Source: Macrostomum lignano (taxonomy: Eukaryota). Taken from it: a stretch of DNA of 64,000 bases. Position 1 is the stretch's first letter, and each line of letters opens with the position of its first letter. The notes beneath the pieces are model-generated. The model did no database searches, was not told the origin of the DNA, and saw only the letters and a list, made by a program, of their open reading frames with translations. This document shows, one piece after another, positions 12,960-25,069 of this stretch. The position numbers and the translations under genes were made by a program. The stretch covers positions 248,001 to 312,000 of the forward strand of contig NIVC01001253.1 in NCBI GenBank assembly GCA_002269645.1. The letters are read 5' to 3'.

Positions 12960-13410
12960 TCTTTGGTTGTCATGTGGCTGCTATCTGGGTTGTCATGTGT
13001 TTGCTATCTGGGTTGTCATGTGGATTCTACCCGGGTTGTCAAGTGGTTGCTACCCGGGTTGTCATGTGGTTGCTACCCGGGTTGTCATGTGGATTCTACC
13101 CGGGTTGTCAAGTGGTTGCTACCCGGGTTGTCAAGTGGTTGCTACCCGGGTTGTCATGTGGTTGCTACCCGGGTTGTCATGTGGTTGCTACCCGGGTTGT
13201 CATGTGGTTGCTACCCGGGTTGTCATGTGGTTGCTACCCGGGTTGTCATGTGGTTTCTACCCGGGTTGTCATGTAGTTGCTACCCGGGTTGTCATGTGGT
13301 TGCTACCCGGGTTGTCATGTGGTTGCTACCCGGGTTGTCATGTGGTTGCTACCCGGGTTGTCATGTGGTTTCTACCCGGGTTGTCATGTGGTTGCTACCC
13401 GGGTTGTCAT
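12960..13410. repeat. Minisatellite, 23 bp GGTTGCTACCCGGGTTGTCATGT
   Basis: Tandem array ending ~27 nt from the donor at 13436. Confidence 0.95.
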
Positions 13411-13436
13411 TTAGTTGCTAAGCAACTGGCACTTAC

Positions 13437-13625
13437 CAATGGAGCAGTCGGGCCCATTCCAGCCTTTGGCGCAACGGCAGGTGCCGTTGACGCAGACGCC
13501 GTGTCCGCCAGCCTCGCACAACGGGTCGCAGGCTCGAAGGTTGCAGCGGACGCCCCACCAGCCGGGGTCGCAGCTGCACTGGCCGTTCCGGCAGCGGCCG
13601 TGCTGACAGAGCACTGTGCAGGACT
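13437..13625 (-). CDS. TENM: Teneurin EGF6-EGF7 exon
   Basis: SCTVLCQHGRCRNGQCSCDPGWWGVRC...ACDPLCEAGGHGVCVNGTCRCAKGWNGPDC. 189 nt, phase 1-1, |GTAAGT donor. Confidence 0.93.
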
Positions 13626-13652
13626 CTGCAGGTGTTCACAGGTTGATTTCGG

Positions 13653-14019
13653 TTATTATTTTTTTATTAGAGGCAGGGGGTTGTGTGCACCCTGGCGCAC
13701 TTTAAGCGACATAGGCACACAACTGGCGAGAGGCATTACTGCCCATTCCGCCGACTCCCCTGAGCAGGCATACAAGCGCGCGGATACGTACGCAGGCACA
13801 CACTCACACAGGAGTGTACAGCGGCCCTAACTTTATATTATAGTTAGACATGTACACTTCACTGCGCCTTGGGGGGTTGGCTCTCAAGGCCGTTAATTGC
13901 ACGAGCAGAGCCAAGCCGAGATTCCAATTCAGCCCCAAATTAATGTGACTGCACTTGGAATCGAGCCTGGGTCGCTGGCACACCAGAGCAGCTGCGCTAC
14001 CGCTGGGCTACGGCCCCCC
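13653..14019 (-). mobile_element. tRNA-derived SINE, family B, copy 1
   Basis: 5' GGGGGCCGTAGCCCAGCGGTAGCGC (A-box), GGCTCGATTCC (B-box) and an A-rich tail. Near-identical reverse complement of 52322-52664. Confidence 0.8.
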
Positions 14020-14024
14020 TCGTT

Positions 14025-14270
14025 GATTTCGGTTGGTTTCTGGATGGTTTCTGGATGGTTTCTGGTTGGTTTCTGGATGGTTTCTGGATGGTTTCTGGAT
14101 GGTTTCTGGATGGTTTCTGGATGGTTTCTGGTTGGTTTCTGGTTGGTTTCTGGTTGGTTTCTGGATGGTTGCTGGATGGTTTCTGGGTGGTTTAATTGGA
14201 TGGTTTCTGGATGGTTTCTGGATGGTTTCTGGATGGTTTAATTGCATGGTTGCTGGATGGTTTCTGTAGA
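14025..14270. repeat. Minisatellite, 11 bp TGGATGGTTTC
   Basis: Tandem array between SINE copy 1 and the donor at 14298. Confidence 0.93.
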
Positions 14271-14298
14271 AACTTTGCTACCATATCCCAAGCCTCAC

Positions 14299-14520
14299 CA
14301 GTCTCGCAGTTGTCACCGGAGTACCCATCGAAGCACTGGCAGCGGCCGTCAACAAAACGTCCCCGACCTTCACACAGCCAGTGCTGCTCACCGTTGCATC
14401 CTTTGTCGCCCTCCGGCTCCGCTGTCGAGCAGTCGGTGCCGTACCAGCCCGAAAAGCAGCGACAGCGACCGCTGACCTGGCAGACGCCGCGGCCGCTGCA
14501 GTCGGGCGGACTGCAGGTCA
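14299..14520 (-). CDS. TENM: Teneurin EGF4-EGF5 exon
   Basis: CSPPDCSGRGVCQVSGRCRCFSGWYGTDC...CNGEQHWLCEGRGRFVDGRCQCFDGYSGDNC. EGF5 has Phe in place of Cys3 as in teneurins. 222 nt, phase 1-1. Confidence 0.93.
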
Positions 14521-14634
14521 CTGCGGGACAAATTGGCGACATGGTTGAGTGTCAAGTTTGAAGCCTGGATGTGTCAACTGCGTGTTGGGTCAAAATTGAC
14601 AAATCGCTATTGTATATGTGTATGGCGCTCATTT

Positions 14635-15215
14635 GACATCAAGTATGACGCTTCTCTGACATCAAGTATGACGCCTTTATGACATCAAGTATGACGCCTC
14701 TGTGACATCAAGTATGACGCCTCTAAGACATCAAGTATGACGCTTCTCTGACATCAAGTATGACGCCTTTATGACATCAAGTATGACGCCTCTAAGACAT
14801 CAAGTATGACGCTTCTCTGACATCAAGTATGACGCCTTTATGACATCAAGTATGACGCCTCTAAGACATCAAGTATGATGCTTCTCTGACATCAAGATGA
14901 CGCCTCTAAGACATCAAGTATGACGCCTCTAAGACATCAAGTATGACGCCTCTATGATATCAAATTTGAGGCCTTTATGACATCAAGTTTGACGCCTCTA
15001 TGACATCAAATATGATGTCCCTGTGACCTCAAGTATGACGCTTCTATGACCTCCAGTATGACGTCACTATGACATCAAGTATGATGCCTCTATGACATTA
15101 GGTTTGACGCCTTTTTGACATCAAGTTTGACGCCTCTATGACATTAAATATGATGTCACTGTGACCTCAAGTATGACGCTTCTATGACCTACAGTATGAC
15201 GTCACTATAACATAA
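14635..15215. repeat. Minisatellite, 23 bp GACATCAAGTATGACGCCTCTAT
   Basis: Tandem copies, degrading toward the right. Confidence 0.93.
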
Positions 15216-16603
15216 AGTATGTGATATGTGAAATTAGGAAAATGTGATCAAAAAAATTTGGAGATACTCTGGTTGAATCAGAGGGATGCCTAACCATTTA
15301 CCAATAAACCCGATTTTTGGAATTGATTTAATCTCGCAGACTTCCGGTTTGCACTTCCGGGCAAACCGACTTAAATGATAGATTATGCTTGACACAGAGG
15401 GCTCTGATTTTGAGCAAGCAGTAATCCGAAAATTGATGAGAAAATTGCGACAATTATACTGCATTCTAGATTTATTCTATTTAAAATTGTTTAAAACTGT
15501 TCTCACCGAGAAAAGCGGTTAACCAATGAGTCAGAAAAGCCATTAAACAGCAACACACAGAGAGCTGCGCGGGGAAAATCGATTTTAGAAACTTTTTATT
15601 CAATCGACAATTGCGTAATAACGAAAACTAAGAACTGACGCGTGTCCGCGGCGCAGGTCATATCTGCTATGAGACCGATTCGGCTGATAGGTTTAGTAAG
15701 CGTTTGTTCAAGGGTGGGTGTCAAATTTCGTCAGACAATCGATCTCCTGTCACTAAACCGCTATAGGTTTGATTGAAAATATCATCCCGAAACCCGAGGA
15801 GAAGAATTTCTTGTCGCGTCCCAAATCCTGGACTTAGCTCAAGATTCTTAAATTCCACAGCTTTTCTGCGAATATACTCAACAACATTAAAAAGTCGCCA
15901 CCTTTGACTTTTGGTTGAGTGACGCAACTTGGTGAGGGAGGGATCGGGAAGGGCGGAGGCCGAAGATTGGATGCATTGAAGCTTGGTCGAAAGACGTTGC
16001 TCTCTGGGGCAAAGGGTGGCGACTTTTCAATGTTAATGAGTATATCTAAGAGTAGATTATTCCAACCTCCATATTTGCATTCGATAGAGATAATATCCCT
16101 CTGTTTGGAAAATTTAAGAATGAGATATCAATGTCACGCAGAAACTGGAGGCCAATTAAATTTCCACACCCAGCTCATCTCCCCAAGGAGTTTGTTTAAA
16201 ATCAACCCCAGCATGCATTAAGGCTGGATTTTTAGTTGCCAAGTGTTATTCTAACACCTGATCCTCGGTTTAGGTGTGCGGGTACTGTGTTGCGCAATCA
16301 TGCCCGGAGCCACCCCTGTCTTGTCTGCAGCCATCGCAGAGAGGGAATTCATGCAGAAAATAATTTGCTAATTTGCTGCGCTCTGCTTGTTTCGAAAAAC
16401 ATCTGTAATTAGCATTAGGTGTCTTATGTGCCCTGCATTGTGTCTGCTTGGCACCTGTTTGACAATTGCTTTGCCGAAACTCAAAAATTTTGACATGCTG
16501 TCTGACTCATCTCTGATCTCTGTGGTAACTGCTTGATGACCGGCAGGGATTCCGGCTTGTATTTCTACCACATCTGACAGATTTGACAGCTTTACCTGGC
16601 CTA

Positions 16604-16812
16604 CTATTCTGACACCCATCTACCTGACTCACCATTCTGACACCCATCTAAATGACTCACCATTCTGACACCCATCTACCTGACTCACCATTCTGACACC
16701 CATCTAAATGACTCACCATTCTGACACCCATCTAAATGACTCACCATTCTGACACCCATCTACCTGACTCACCATTCTGACACCCATCTAAATGACTCAC
16801 CATTCTGACACC
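16604..16812. repeat. 28 bp tandem repeat overlapping the exon end and carrying the 5' splice site
   Basis: Unit CCATTCTGACACCCATCTA(AA/CC)TGACTCA; minus-strand GTGAGT donors at 16800, 16772, 16744, 16716, 16688, 16660 and 16632. Confidence 0.95.
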
Positions 16813-16995
16813 TGTCGCCGCCAAAACCTTCGAAGCACTCGCAGCGTCCAGCCTGACACCTGCCGTTGCCGGAGCACAACGGGTCGGGACACTCAGACCA
16901 GGGCACTTCGCACTCTGGCCCTTTCCATTGCGCGGTGCAACGGCAGACACCCCTGTCCAGGTACCCGTTGCCGCTGCAGATCTCCAGTGTGTCCG
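16801..16995 (-). CDS. TENM: Teneurin EGF2-EGF3 exon
   Basis: DTLEICSGNGYLDRGVCRCTAQWKGPECEVPWSECPDPLCSGNGRCQAGRCECFEGFGGDRCQN, including the teneurin WKGPECxVP signature. 195 nt, phase 1-1. Confidence 0.93.
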
Positions 16996-17085
16996 CTGAT
17001 TAATAAACAAACACTTTTTTGTTTATCCGTTTCTTAGATAGAAAAATTAGCTTAAAAGTACAAAACTTTGATTAATATGCCTCAC

Positions 17086-17196
17086 CAACTGAACAGTCCG
17101 GACCCATGAAGCCTTGAAAACAGGTGCAAGTGGAGCCCCGGCAGTAGCCTCTGTGACTGCACTGGTTTAGACAGCTGGTCAGGTGCAGCTCCCGCT
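17086..17196 (-). CDS. TENM: Teneurin EGF1 exon (not in ORF track)
   Basis: CLNQCSHRGYCRGSTCTCFQGFMGPDC is a 6-Cys EGF. CTCGCAG| and |GTGAG, 111 nt, phase 1-1. Confidence 0.92.
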
Positions 17197-17274
17197 CTGC
17201 GAGTGAGAAAGTTGTGGAGCATTGTTTGGGCTCTTGGTTTTAGGAATCTTTCCTGAAGGCTGGCCAAGAAACTG

Positions 17275-19010
17275 AGGATCTGGGAGGCTGGCCCAGCAAC
17301 TGAGAATCTGAGAGGTTGGCCCAGCAACTTAGGATCTGGGAGGCTGGTGGCCCAGCAACTGAGGATCTGGGAGGCTGGCCCAGCAACTGAGGATCTGGGA
17401 GGCTGGTGGCCCAGCAACTGAGGATCTGGGAGGCTGACCCAGCAACTGAGGATCTGGGAGGCTGGCCCAGCAACTGAGGATCTGGGAGGCTGGTGGCCCA
17501 GCATCTGAGAATCTGGGAGGCTGGTGGCCCAGCAACTGAGGATCTGGGAGGCTGGTGGCCCAGCAACTGAGGATCTGGGAGGCTGACCCAGCAACTGAGG
17601 ATCTTGGAGGCTGGTGGCCCAGCAACTGAGGATCTGGGAGGCTGACCCAGCAACTGAGGATCTGGGAGGCTGGTGGCCCAGCAACTTAGGATCTGGGAGG
17701 CTGGTGGCCCAGCAACTGAGGATCTGGGAGGCTGGTGGCCCAGCAACTTAGGATCTGGGAGGCTGGTGGCCCAGCAACTGAGGATCTGGGAGGCTGGCCC
17801 AGCAACTGAGGATCTGGGAGGCTGGTGGCCCAGCAACTGAGGATCTGGGAGGCTGACCCAGCAACTGAGGATCTGAGAGGCTGGTGGCCCAGCAACTTAG
17901 GATCTGGGAGGCTGGTGGCCCAGCAACTGAGGATCTGGGAGGCTGGTGGCCCAGCAACTTAGGATCTGGGAGGCTGGTGGCCCAGCAACTGAGGATCTGG
18001 GAGGCTGACCCAGCAACTGAGGATCTTGGAGGCTGGTGGCCCAGCAACTGAGGATCTGGGAGGCTGACCCAGCAACTGAGGATCTGGGAGGCTGGTGGCC
18101 CAGCAACTTAGGATCTGGGAGGCTGGTGGCCCAGCAACTTAGGATCTGGGAGGCTGGTGGCCCAGCAACTTAGGATCTGGGAGGCTGGTGGCCCAGCAAC
18201 TGAGGATCTGGGAGGCTGGCCCAGCAACTGAGGATCTGGGAGGCTGGTGGCCCAGCAACTGAGGATCTGGGAGGCTGACCCAGCAACTGAGGATCTGAGA
18301 GGCTGGTGGCCCAGCAACTTAGGATCTGGGAGGCTGGTGGCCCAGCAACTGAGGATCTGGGAGGCTGGCCCAGCAACTGAGGATCTGGGAGGCTGGTGGC
18401 CCAGCAACTGAGGATCTGGGAGGCTGACCCAGCAACTGAGGATCTGGGAGGCTGGTGGCCCAGCAACTTAGGATCTGGGAGGCTGGTGGCCCAGCAACTT
18501 AGGATCTGGGAGGCTGGTGGCCCAGCAACTTAGGATCTGGGAGGCTGGTGGCCCAGCAACTGAGGATCTGGGAGGCTGGCCCAGCAACTGAGGATCTGGG
18601 AGGCTGGTGGCCCAGCAACTGAGGATCTGGGAGGCTGACCCAGCAACTGAGGATCTGAGAGGCTGGTGGCCCAGCAACTTAGGATCTGGGAGGCTGGTGG
18701 CCCAGCAACTGAGGATCTGGGAGGCTGGTGGCCCAGCAACTTAGGATCTGGGAGGCTGGTGGCCCAGCAACTGAGGATCTGGGAGGCTGGCCCAGCAACT
18801 GAGGATCTGGGAGGCTGGTGGCCCAGCAACTTAGGATCTGGGAGGCTGGTGGCCCAGCAACTGAGGATCTGTGAGGCTGGTGGCCCAGCAACTTAGGATC
18901 TGGGAGGCTGGTGGCCCAGCAACTGAGGATCTGGGAGGCTGGCCCAGCAACTGAGGATCTGGGAGGCTGGTGGCCAAGCAACTGAGGATCTGGGAGGCTG
19001 GAGCAGCAAC
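17275..19010. repeat. Composite 28/31 bp minisatellite GGAGGCTG(GTG)GCCCAGCAACTGAGGATCTG, locus 1
   Basis: Fills almost all of teneurin intron 17197-19039. Confidence 0.97.
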
Positions 19011-19039
19011 TAATAAAATACGATGTTAGGGCAACTTAC

Positions 19040-19151
19040 CTGTCCTGAAGACCTCCACCTCAACAGCAATAGAGTATTGCTGGTCATTAGCCAGTGTCAG
19101 GTACCAGTCGCCAGGTGTCAGGAATCGAACCACAGAATCAGGATGCAAATT
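19040..19151 (-). CDS. TENM: Teneurin Ig-like exon 2 (not in ORF track)
   Basis: NLHPDSVVRFLTPGDWYLTLANDQQYSIAVEV resembles teneurin YLxxGxWHLAFYND. TTGCAG| and |GTAAGT, phase 0-1. Confidence 0.9.
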
Positions 19152-19959
19152 CTGCAACAAAATCGTAATTGAGAGTATGATGCAAGAAATATAAAAAAGT
19201 TCGTAGTTTTTTACGAATCAAGTACAATCTGCGGGTTATTGAGGCGCTTTGCCTTCCAACAAGAAGAGTGCATTTCCGTGTCTACCTCTGTCAGAGAGCT
19301 GCAAGCATGTTAAAAGTCCAAGAGAGGCACCACATTCCGAAAGCGAATACAGAAGGGAATACAGGATGATGAAGTTTAAACAGTTGTTCCTAGAAATTTC
19401 ATTCAGAGGCCGACAAAGACGGAGAGGAACAAGAAATGACAGGCAGAGAAGCTTGCTTTCAAAGAAATTTGTTTTATCATAAAGCTGAAGATAAAGCCAG
19501 TGGCTTTGACCAGAAATTGAACGATAGAAATTAATCAAAGCGTTGATGAGCTGCAGCAGCTGTCGACAACGAAAGGTGTGAAAGAGGGATCAATACTGCG
19601 GAGAGGGGTTTTTCAACTGCTTTAGCAATTGAAATGGGAAGAATAAGGGAGTGTTCTAAGGACTGAGGCGGTGTTGGTTTTCCATTTTTTAAGAAAAGCA
19701 ATCAATTTTAGAGATTAATGTTTCGCGTTGTTGTTGTCTACTGTAAGTCAGGGCTTTTTAAAGAGTTTGTGTTTTTGAATAGCATTTTGACTATTCTCCG
19801 ATGAATAGTGCAGTGGTAGAAATAAATTACATATGAGGGGAGGAGAGGGTGGGAGAGTGGGGGGGGAGATTGTAGGAAAATATGGGAGATTCTGACTGAG
19901 TGGGAGAGTTTGGAGTGTGTGTGTGGATGAGTGTGGGGAGTGTGAAAAAGTTGCAAAGA

Positions 19960-20925
19960 AATGAGATTGGAGGAGAATAGAGTGGAGGAGAGCAGATTTG
20001 GAAAGATTAAGAGCGGGGAAGTAGAGTGGGGAGAGTAGAGGAGAGGAGAGTAGAGTGGAAGAAGAGTAAGAGTGGGGGAGAGTAGAGTGGGGGAGAGTAG
20101 AGTGGGGGAAATAGAGTGGGGGAGAGTAGAGTGGGGGGAAATAGAGTGGGGGAGAGTAGAGTGGGGGAGAGTAGAGTGGGGGGAAATAGAGTGGGGGAGA
20201 GTATGCTAGGGGAGAGTAGAGTGGGGAGAGTAGAGGAAGAGAGTAGAGTGGGGGAGAGTAGAGTGGGGGAGAGTAGAGTGGGGGAGAGTAGAGTGGGGGA
20301 GAGTAGAGTGGGGAGAGTAGACTAGGGAAGAGTAGAGAGGGGAAGAGTAGAGTGGGGGAGTAAAGTGGGGGAGAGTAGAGTGGAGAGGAGAGTGGAGGAG
20401 AGGAGAGTGGAGGAGAGGAGAGTGGAGGAGAGGAGAGTAGAGGAGAGGAGAGGAGAGGAGAGGAGAGTAGAGGAGAGTAGAGTGGAAGAAGAGTAAGAGT
20501 GGAGGAGAGGAGAGTGGAGGAGAGGAGAGTGGAGGAGAGGAGAGTGGGGGAGGGTAGACTAGGGGAGAGTAGAGGGAGGAGAATAGAGTTGGGGAGAGAA
20601 GAGTTGTGGAGAGAAGAGTTGGGGAGAGTAGAGTTGGGGAGAGTAGAGTGTGGAAGAGTAGAGTGGGGGAGAGTAGAGTGGGGGAGAGTAGAGTGGGGGA
20701 GAGTAGAGTGGGGGAGAGTAGAGTGGGGGAGAGGAGAGTGGAGGAGAGGAGAGTGGGGGAGGGTAGACTAGGGGAGAGTAGAGGGAGGAGAGTAGAGGGA
20801 GGAGAGTAGAGTGGGGAGAGTAGAGTTGGGGAGAGTAGAGAGGAGAGGAGAGTGGAGAGGGTAGAGTGGAGAGGAGAGTGGAGGAGAGGAGAGTGGAGGA
20901 GAGGAGAGTAGAGTGGAGGAGAGTA
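19960..20925. repeat. Purine-rich 5/15 bp repeat (GAGAGTAGAGTGGGG)
   Basis: Direct reading. Confidence 0.9.
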
Positions 20926-21387
20926 AGGCAGTAGTGACTTTCACGCAGAACGGAGACGCCCTTCAAAGAGTGGCCGCTACCGCAGCAGTTTTCCATGCGC
21001 AATCAGTTGCTACGCTGTGCTGGTCAATAAATTTTGGACTGGATTCTTGCCCTGCCCCACCCGCACAGGCATGAGGACCTGCCTACCGGATGCAGTGCCA
21101 GCACTACAGGAGCGTACAGAGAGGGCCAATTACGCAATGCTTGGCGGGATACCTGGCTGATTGTTTATTGCATACCAAAAACATGAATTCCAACTTTGCC
21201 TAATATCTGCGTGTCAGTCTTCAAGTCTACCCCATTGGCTGCTGTTTATCTTATCTAACCGCCCGTGACAGGCAATGATTTATTCATTGCTTTCGTCACG
21301 GAGTTTCGTGTCTTTCAAGTGCAACGGCTGGGGTCCAAACTATAAATAGGTCATTAGAGTAGCGACTCCATTGGGAGGCGTGGGTCA

Positions 21388-21985
21388 GTGGGTGGGTCAA
21401 TGAGTCAGGATCATGGGTCAATGAGTCAGGATCATGGGTCAATGAGTCAGAATAATGGGTCAATGAGTCAGGAACATGGGTTAATGAGTCAGGAACATGG
21501 GTTAATGAGTCAGGAACATGGATTAATGAGTCAGTATCATGGGTTAATGAGTCAGGATCATGGGTTAATGAGTCAGGATGATAGGTTTATGAATGAGGAA
21601 CATGGGTCAATGAGTCAGGAACATGGGTTAATGAGTCAGGATCATAGGTTTATGAATGAGGAACATGGGTCAATGAGTCAGGAACATGGGTTAATGAGTC
21701 AGGAACATGGGCCAATGAGTCAGGAACATGGATCAATGAGTCAGGATCATGGGTCAATGAGTCAGATAATGGGGTCAATGAGTCAGAATAATGGGTCAAT
21801 GAGTCAAGTAATGGGTCAATGAGTCAGGAACATGGGTTAATGAGTCAGGAACATGGGCCAATGAGTCAGGAACATGGGTCAATGAGTCAGGAACATGGGT
21901 TAATGAGTCAGGATAATGGGTCAATGAGTCAAGATCATGAGTTAATGTGTCAGGATCATTGGTCAATAAGTCAGGATCATAAATC
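21388..21985. repeat. Minisatellite, 21 bp ATGAGTCAGGAACATGGGTCA
   Basis: Tandem array ending ~15 nt from the donor at 21999. Confidence 0.93.
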
Positions 21986-21999
21986 TCACATATCCTCAC

Positions 22000-22301
22000 C
22001 TTGTCCTGTACATTTTCCAATCGATGGAAGAAGTCCCTCTGCACAAGGGTGGGCACATTGTTTCGCCTCATGTACAGCCCTACAGGTCTCTTGTACGGCA
22101 GCGTCACATTCACAATTGCATAGACATGCCGTTCGCACTTCAGCTGTGCGGACCAGAAGCCGCGACCGGGCAGATCGACTCGATAGACTCGACGATCTTC
22201 GAGCAGAATTGGTGGCGAGTTTGGGTCGAAACCGCCGAAAAATAAGCTCGATTTTCTGGTCTGCAGATCCGCGAGGCAGGTCTGTCTTCGCCTGGCCAGC
22301 A
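22000..22301 (-). CDS. TENM: Teneurin Ig-like/linker exon
   Basis: FWSAQL...VGLYMRRNNVPTLVQRDFFHRL resembles teneurin FW...GIYGRRGLPPSHTQYDF. Acceptor CCCGCAG|, donor AAG|GTGAG, phase 1-0. Confidence 0.9.
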
Positions 22302-22339
22302 CTGCGGGAACGGAGTTGATGGGGGAAAATGTTGAGTCT

Positions 22340-23190
22340 GGGTTCCGTGGGTCAAGGATCAGTAGTGGGTCAAGGATTAGTTTTGGGTCAAGGATCAGTA
22401 GTGGGTCAAGGATCAGTAGTGGGTCAAGGATCAGTGGGTCAAGGATCAGTGGATCAATGATCAGTGGGTCAAGGATCAGTAAGGGGTCAAGGATCAGTGG
22501 GTCAAGGATCATTGGGTCAAGGTTTAGTGGGTCAATGATCAGTGGGTCAAGGTTTAGTGGGTCAATGATCAGTGGGTCAAGGTTTAGTGGGTCAATGATC
22601 AGTGGGTCAAGGTTTAGTGGGTCAATGATCAGTGGGTCAAGGATCAGTAAGGGGTCAAGGATCAGTGGGTCAAGGATCAATAGTGGGTCCATGATCAGTG
22701 GGTCAAGGATCAGTGAATCAAGGATCAATAGTGGGTCCATGATCAGTGGGTGAAGGATCAGTAAGGGTCAAGTATTAGTGGGTCAATGATCAGTATTGGG
22801 TCAAGGATCAGCAGTGGGTCAAGGATCAATAGTGGGTCAATGATCAGTGGGTCAAGGATCAGTGAATCAAGGATCACTAGTGGGTCCATGATCAGTGGGT
22901 GAAGGATCAGTAAGGGTCAAGTATTAGTGGGTGATCAGTATTGGGTCAAGGATCAGCAGTGGGTCAAGGATCAGCAGTGGGTCAAGGATCAGTAGTGGGT
23001 CAAGAATCAGTAGTGGGTCAAGAATCAGTAGTGGGTCAAGGATCAGTAGTGGGTCAAGGGTCAGTAGTGGGTCAGGGCAGGGATCAGTGGGTCAAGGATC
23101 GGTAAGGGGTCAATGATACGTGGGTCAAGGATCAGTAGTGGGTCAAGAAACAGCAGTGGGTCAGGGCAGGGATCAGTGGGTCAAGGATTA
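22340..23190. repeat. Minisatellite, 15-18 bp GTGGGTCAAGGATCAGTA
   Basis: Tandem array starting ~40 nt from the acceptor at 22302. Confidence 0.93.
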
Positions 23191-23902
23191 AGGGGGCAAA
23201 AGTAGCTCAAGAAGGGTTAGTATGAGTCATCATAAATCAAATATTTCCCTCACTGTCAGTATAAATTGAAATAGCATAATTAGCCATTGTTAACAAAAAT
23301 GTGATAAATTTGGCGCTAAAACACATGAATGAGTTAAAAAACTAAACTATGCATTTTGAGAACACCCAGCTTCTTTTCAGCTCCACCTGTGTTATCTAAC
23401 CGTCAATTAGCAAAAGCTCGGTGGTGCCTGAAGGCCTTCAGTTTTCTCACCAATTGGATTAGTCAGACAAGGAGGAAACTGAGTTGATGGAGCGTTACTA
23501 AGGGGCTAAGGGGGACTGGCATAAATCGAGGGGTCCCATTTTTATAAAGCAACTGTGCTTCTTCCAAAAGAGGCCAAGGCGGGAAATAAGGATGCTCCAA
23601 GGAGGGATGACTCAATACTCCCCCCGCAGACTGCTGGGTGTGAATTGCAGGCCTCTTCAATTGAATTATTTCTCCCCTGGCAGTCGCCTTCAATTGGGAA
23701 TAATTGCTTTCAAATCCCAGTCGACCGGGTCCTAAGTTTGCTTGTCAAGCTTTTCCATACGACCTGAGGGGGCTGGGCGAAACTCAAAACGGAGGGCATG
23801 ACGCAGTGAAACACAAGTTGATTTTGTAGGGCTATGAAAGTCCCGTGACAGACAGTGCTTAGGCAGTTTTGTGAGTCCGCTGTGCGGTTTGAGATGGGAG
23901 CT

Positions 23903-23962
<60 letters not shown>

Positions 23963-24034
23963 GGCAGACAGACAGACAGACAGACAGACAGAAGGACAGA
24001 CAGACAGACAGACAGACAGACGGACAGACAGACC

Positions 24035-24065
<31 letters not shown>

Positions 24066-24129
24066 CGACAGACAGACACAGAGACAGACAGACACAGAGA
24101 CAGACAGACAGACAGACAGACAGACGTAA

Positions 24130-24161
<32 letters not shown>

Positions 24162-24189
24162 GGACAGACAGACAGACAGACAGGCAGGC

Positions 24190-24229
<40 letters not shown>

Positions 24230-24375
24230 GGACAGACAGACAGACAGACAGGCAGACAGACAGACAGACGGACAGACAGACCGACAGACGGACAGACAGA
24301 CCGACAGACAGACAGACAGACCGACAGACAGACACAGAGACAGACAGACACAGAGACAGACACACAGAGGCAGAT
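23903..24375. repeat. (GACA)n microsatellite, imperfect
   Basis: Direct reading. Confidence 0.95.
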
Positions 24376-25069
24376 ACACAAGGGATAGAGAATTATACAG
24401 ATTAAAAAACTGATTCAATTTTCATCAAACAAAATCCATTTTACTCAGCGAACGCCCATCCCAAAAGGGATTAACGGCTCCCCTTGAGCTGGCATCGCGA
24501 CTCAGCCTACAAAAAATGGGCAACAAGCTTCTCAGCAAATCCTGACAATCAAATTTATTTAAACTCAGGCGAGACTGAAAAAAATAAGAGACGCGGCCCG
24601 TCATTGAACCGAGATGAAGAAAAAGATAACCATAGCGAAGCTGGAACTGACACGGTAATTTTTGCATGACCGATTCACAAGCAGCTGAGAATGCAGAGAA
24701 CTGGGCCCAGCATTGTGAGGTTCTGCCTACTTGAGTAAATCTTCAAGAGGATCGGAAACAGGGTGAAAAAAGCTACAAAAAAGAATATTTTTGTCACTTC
24801 GCCTCAACTTGGGTATGAATTTTATTTGTAATAAAAAATTCACATCTGAGGTTCTGAATTCCAGGTGCTACCGTTTTTTTGAGGGGGGAGTTCCTTAATT
24901 AATAATTCATCTAAAAATAACGGACAAATATATGAGTTGGTTGATGGGGTCGTTTTTTCTGTTACTTTTTCTTCTATTGGTTGCACTCCATTCTAATCGA
25001 TTTTTTGTAGATAGGTCTTTTCATTTTTTTATCTTGTCTAGTTGGCATTTGGGTAAGCTCATTCTATTC

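Noticed and set aside
13980-14019. tRNA gene (also 52322-52370 and 7825-7883)
   Set aside because: A/B boxes are present but continue into SINE bodies and tails; no complete cloverleaf.
15234-16619. Short ORFs in unique intronic DNA as possible transposase remnants
   Set aside because: No motif I could recognise and no TIR or TSD; would need a Dfam/tBLASTn search.
21388-22753. Met/His/Ser-rich ORFs (MSQEHG..., GSRIS...)
   Set aside because: Antisense to teneurin, generated by 21- and 15/18-bp arrays, no signal peptide or unique domain.
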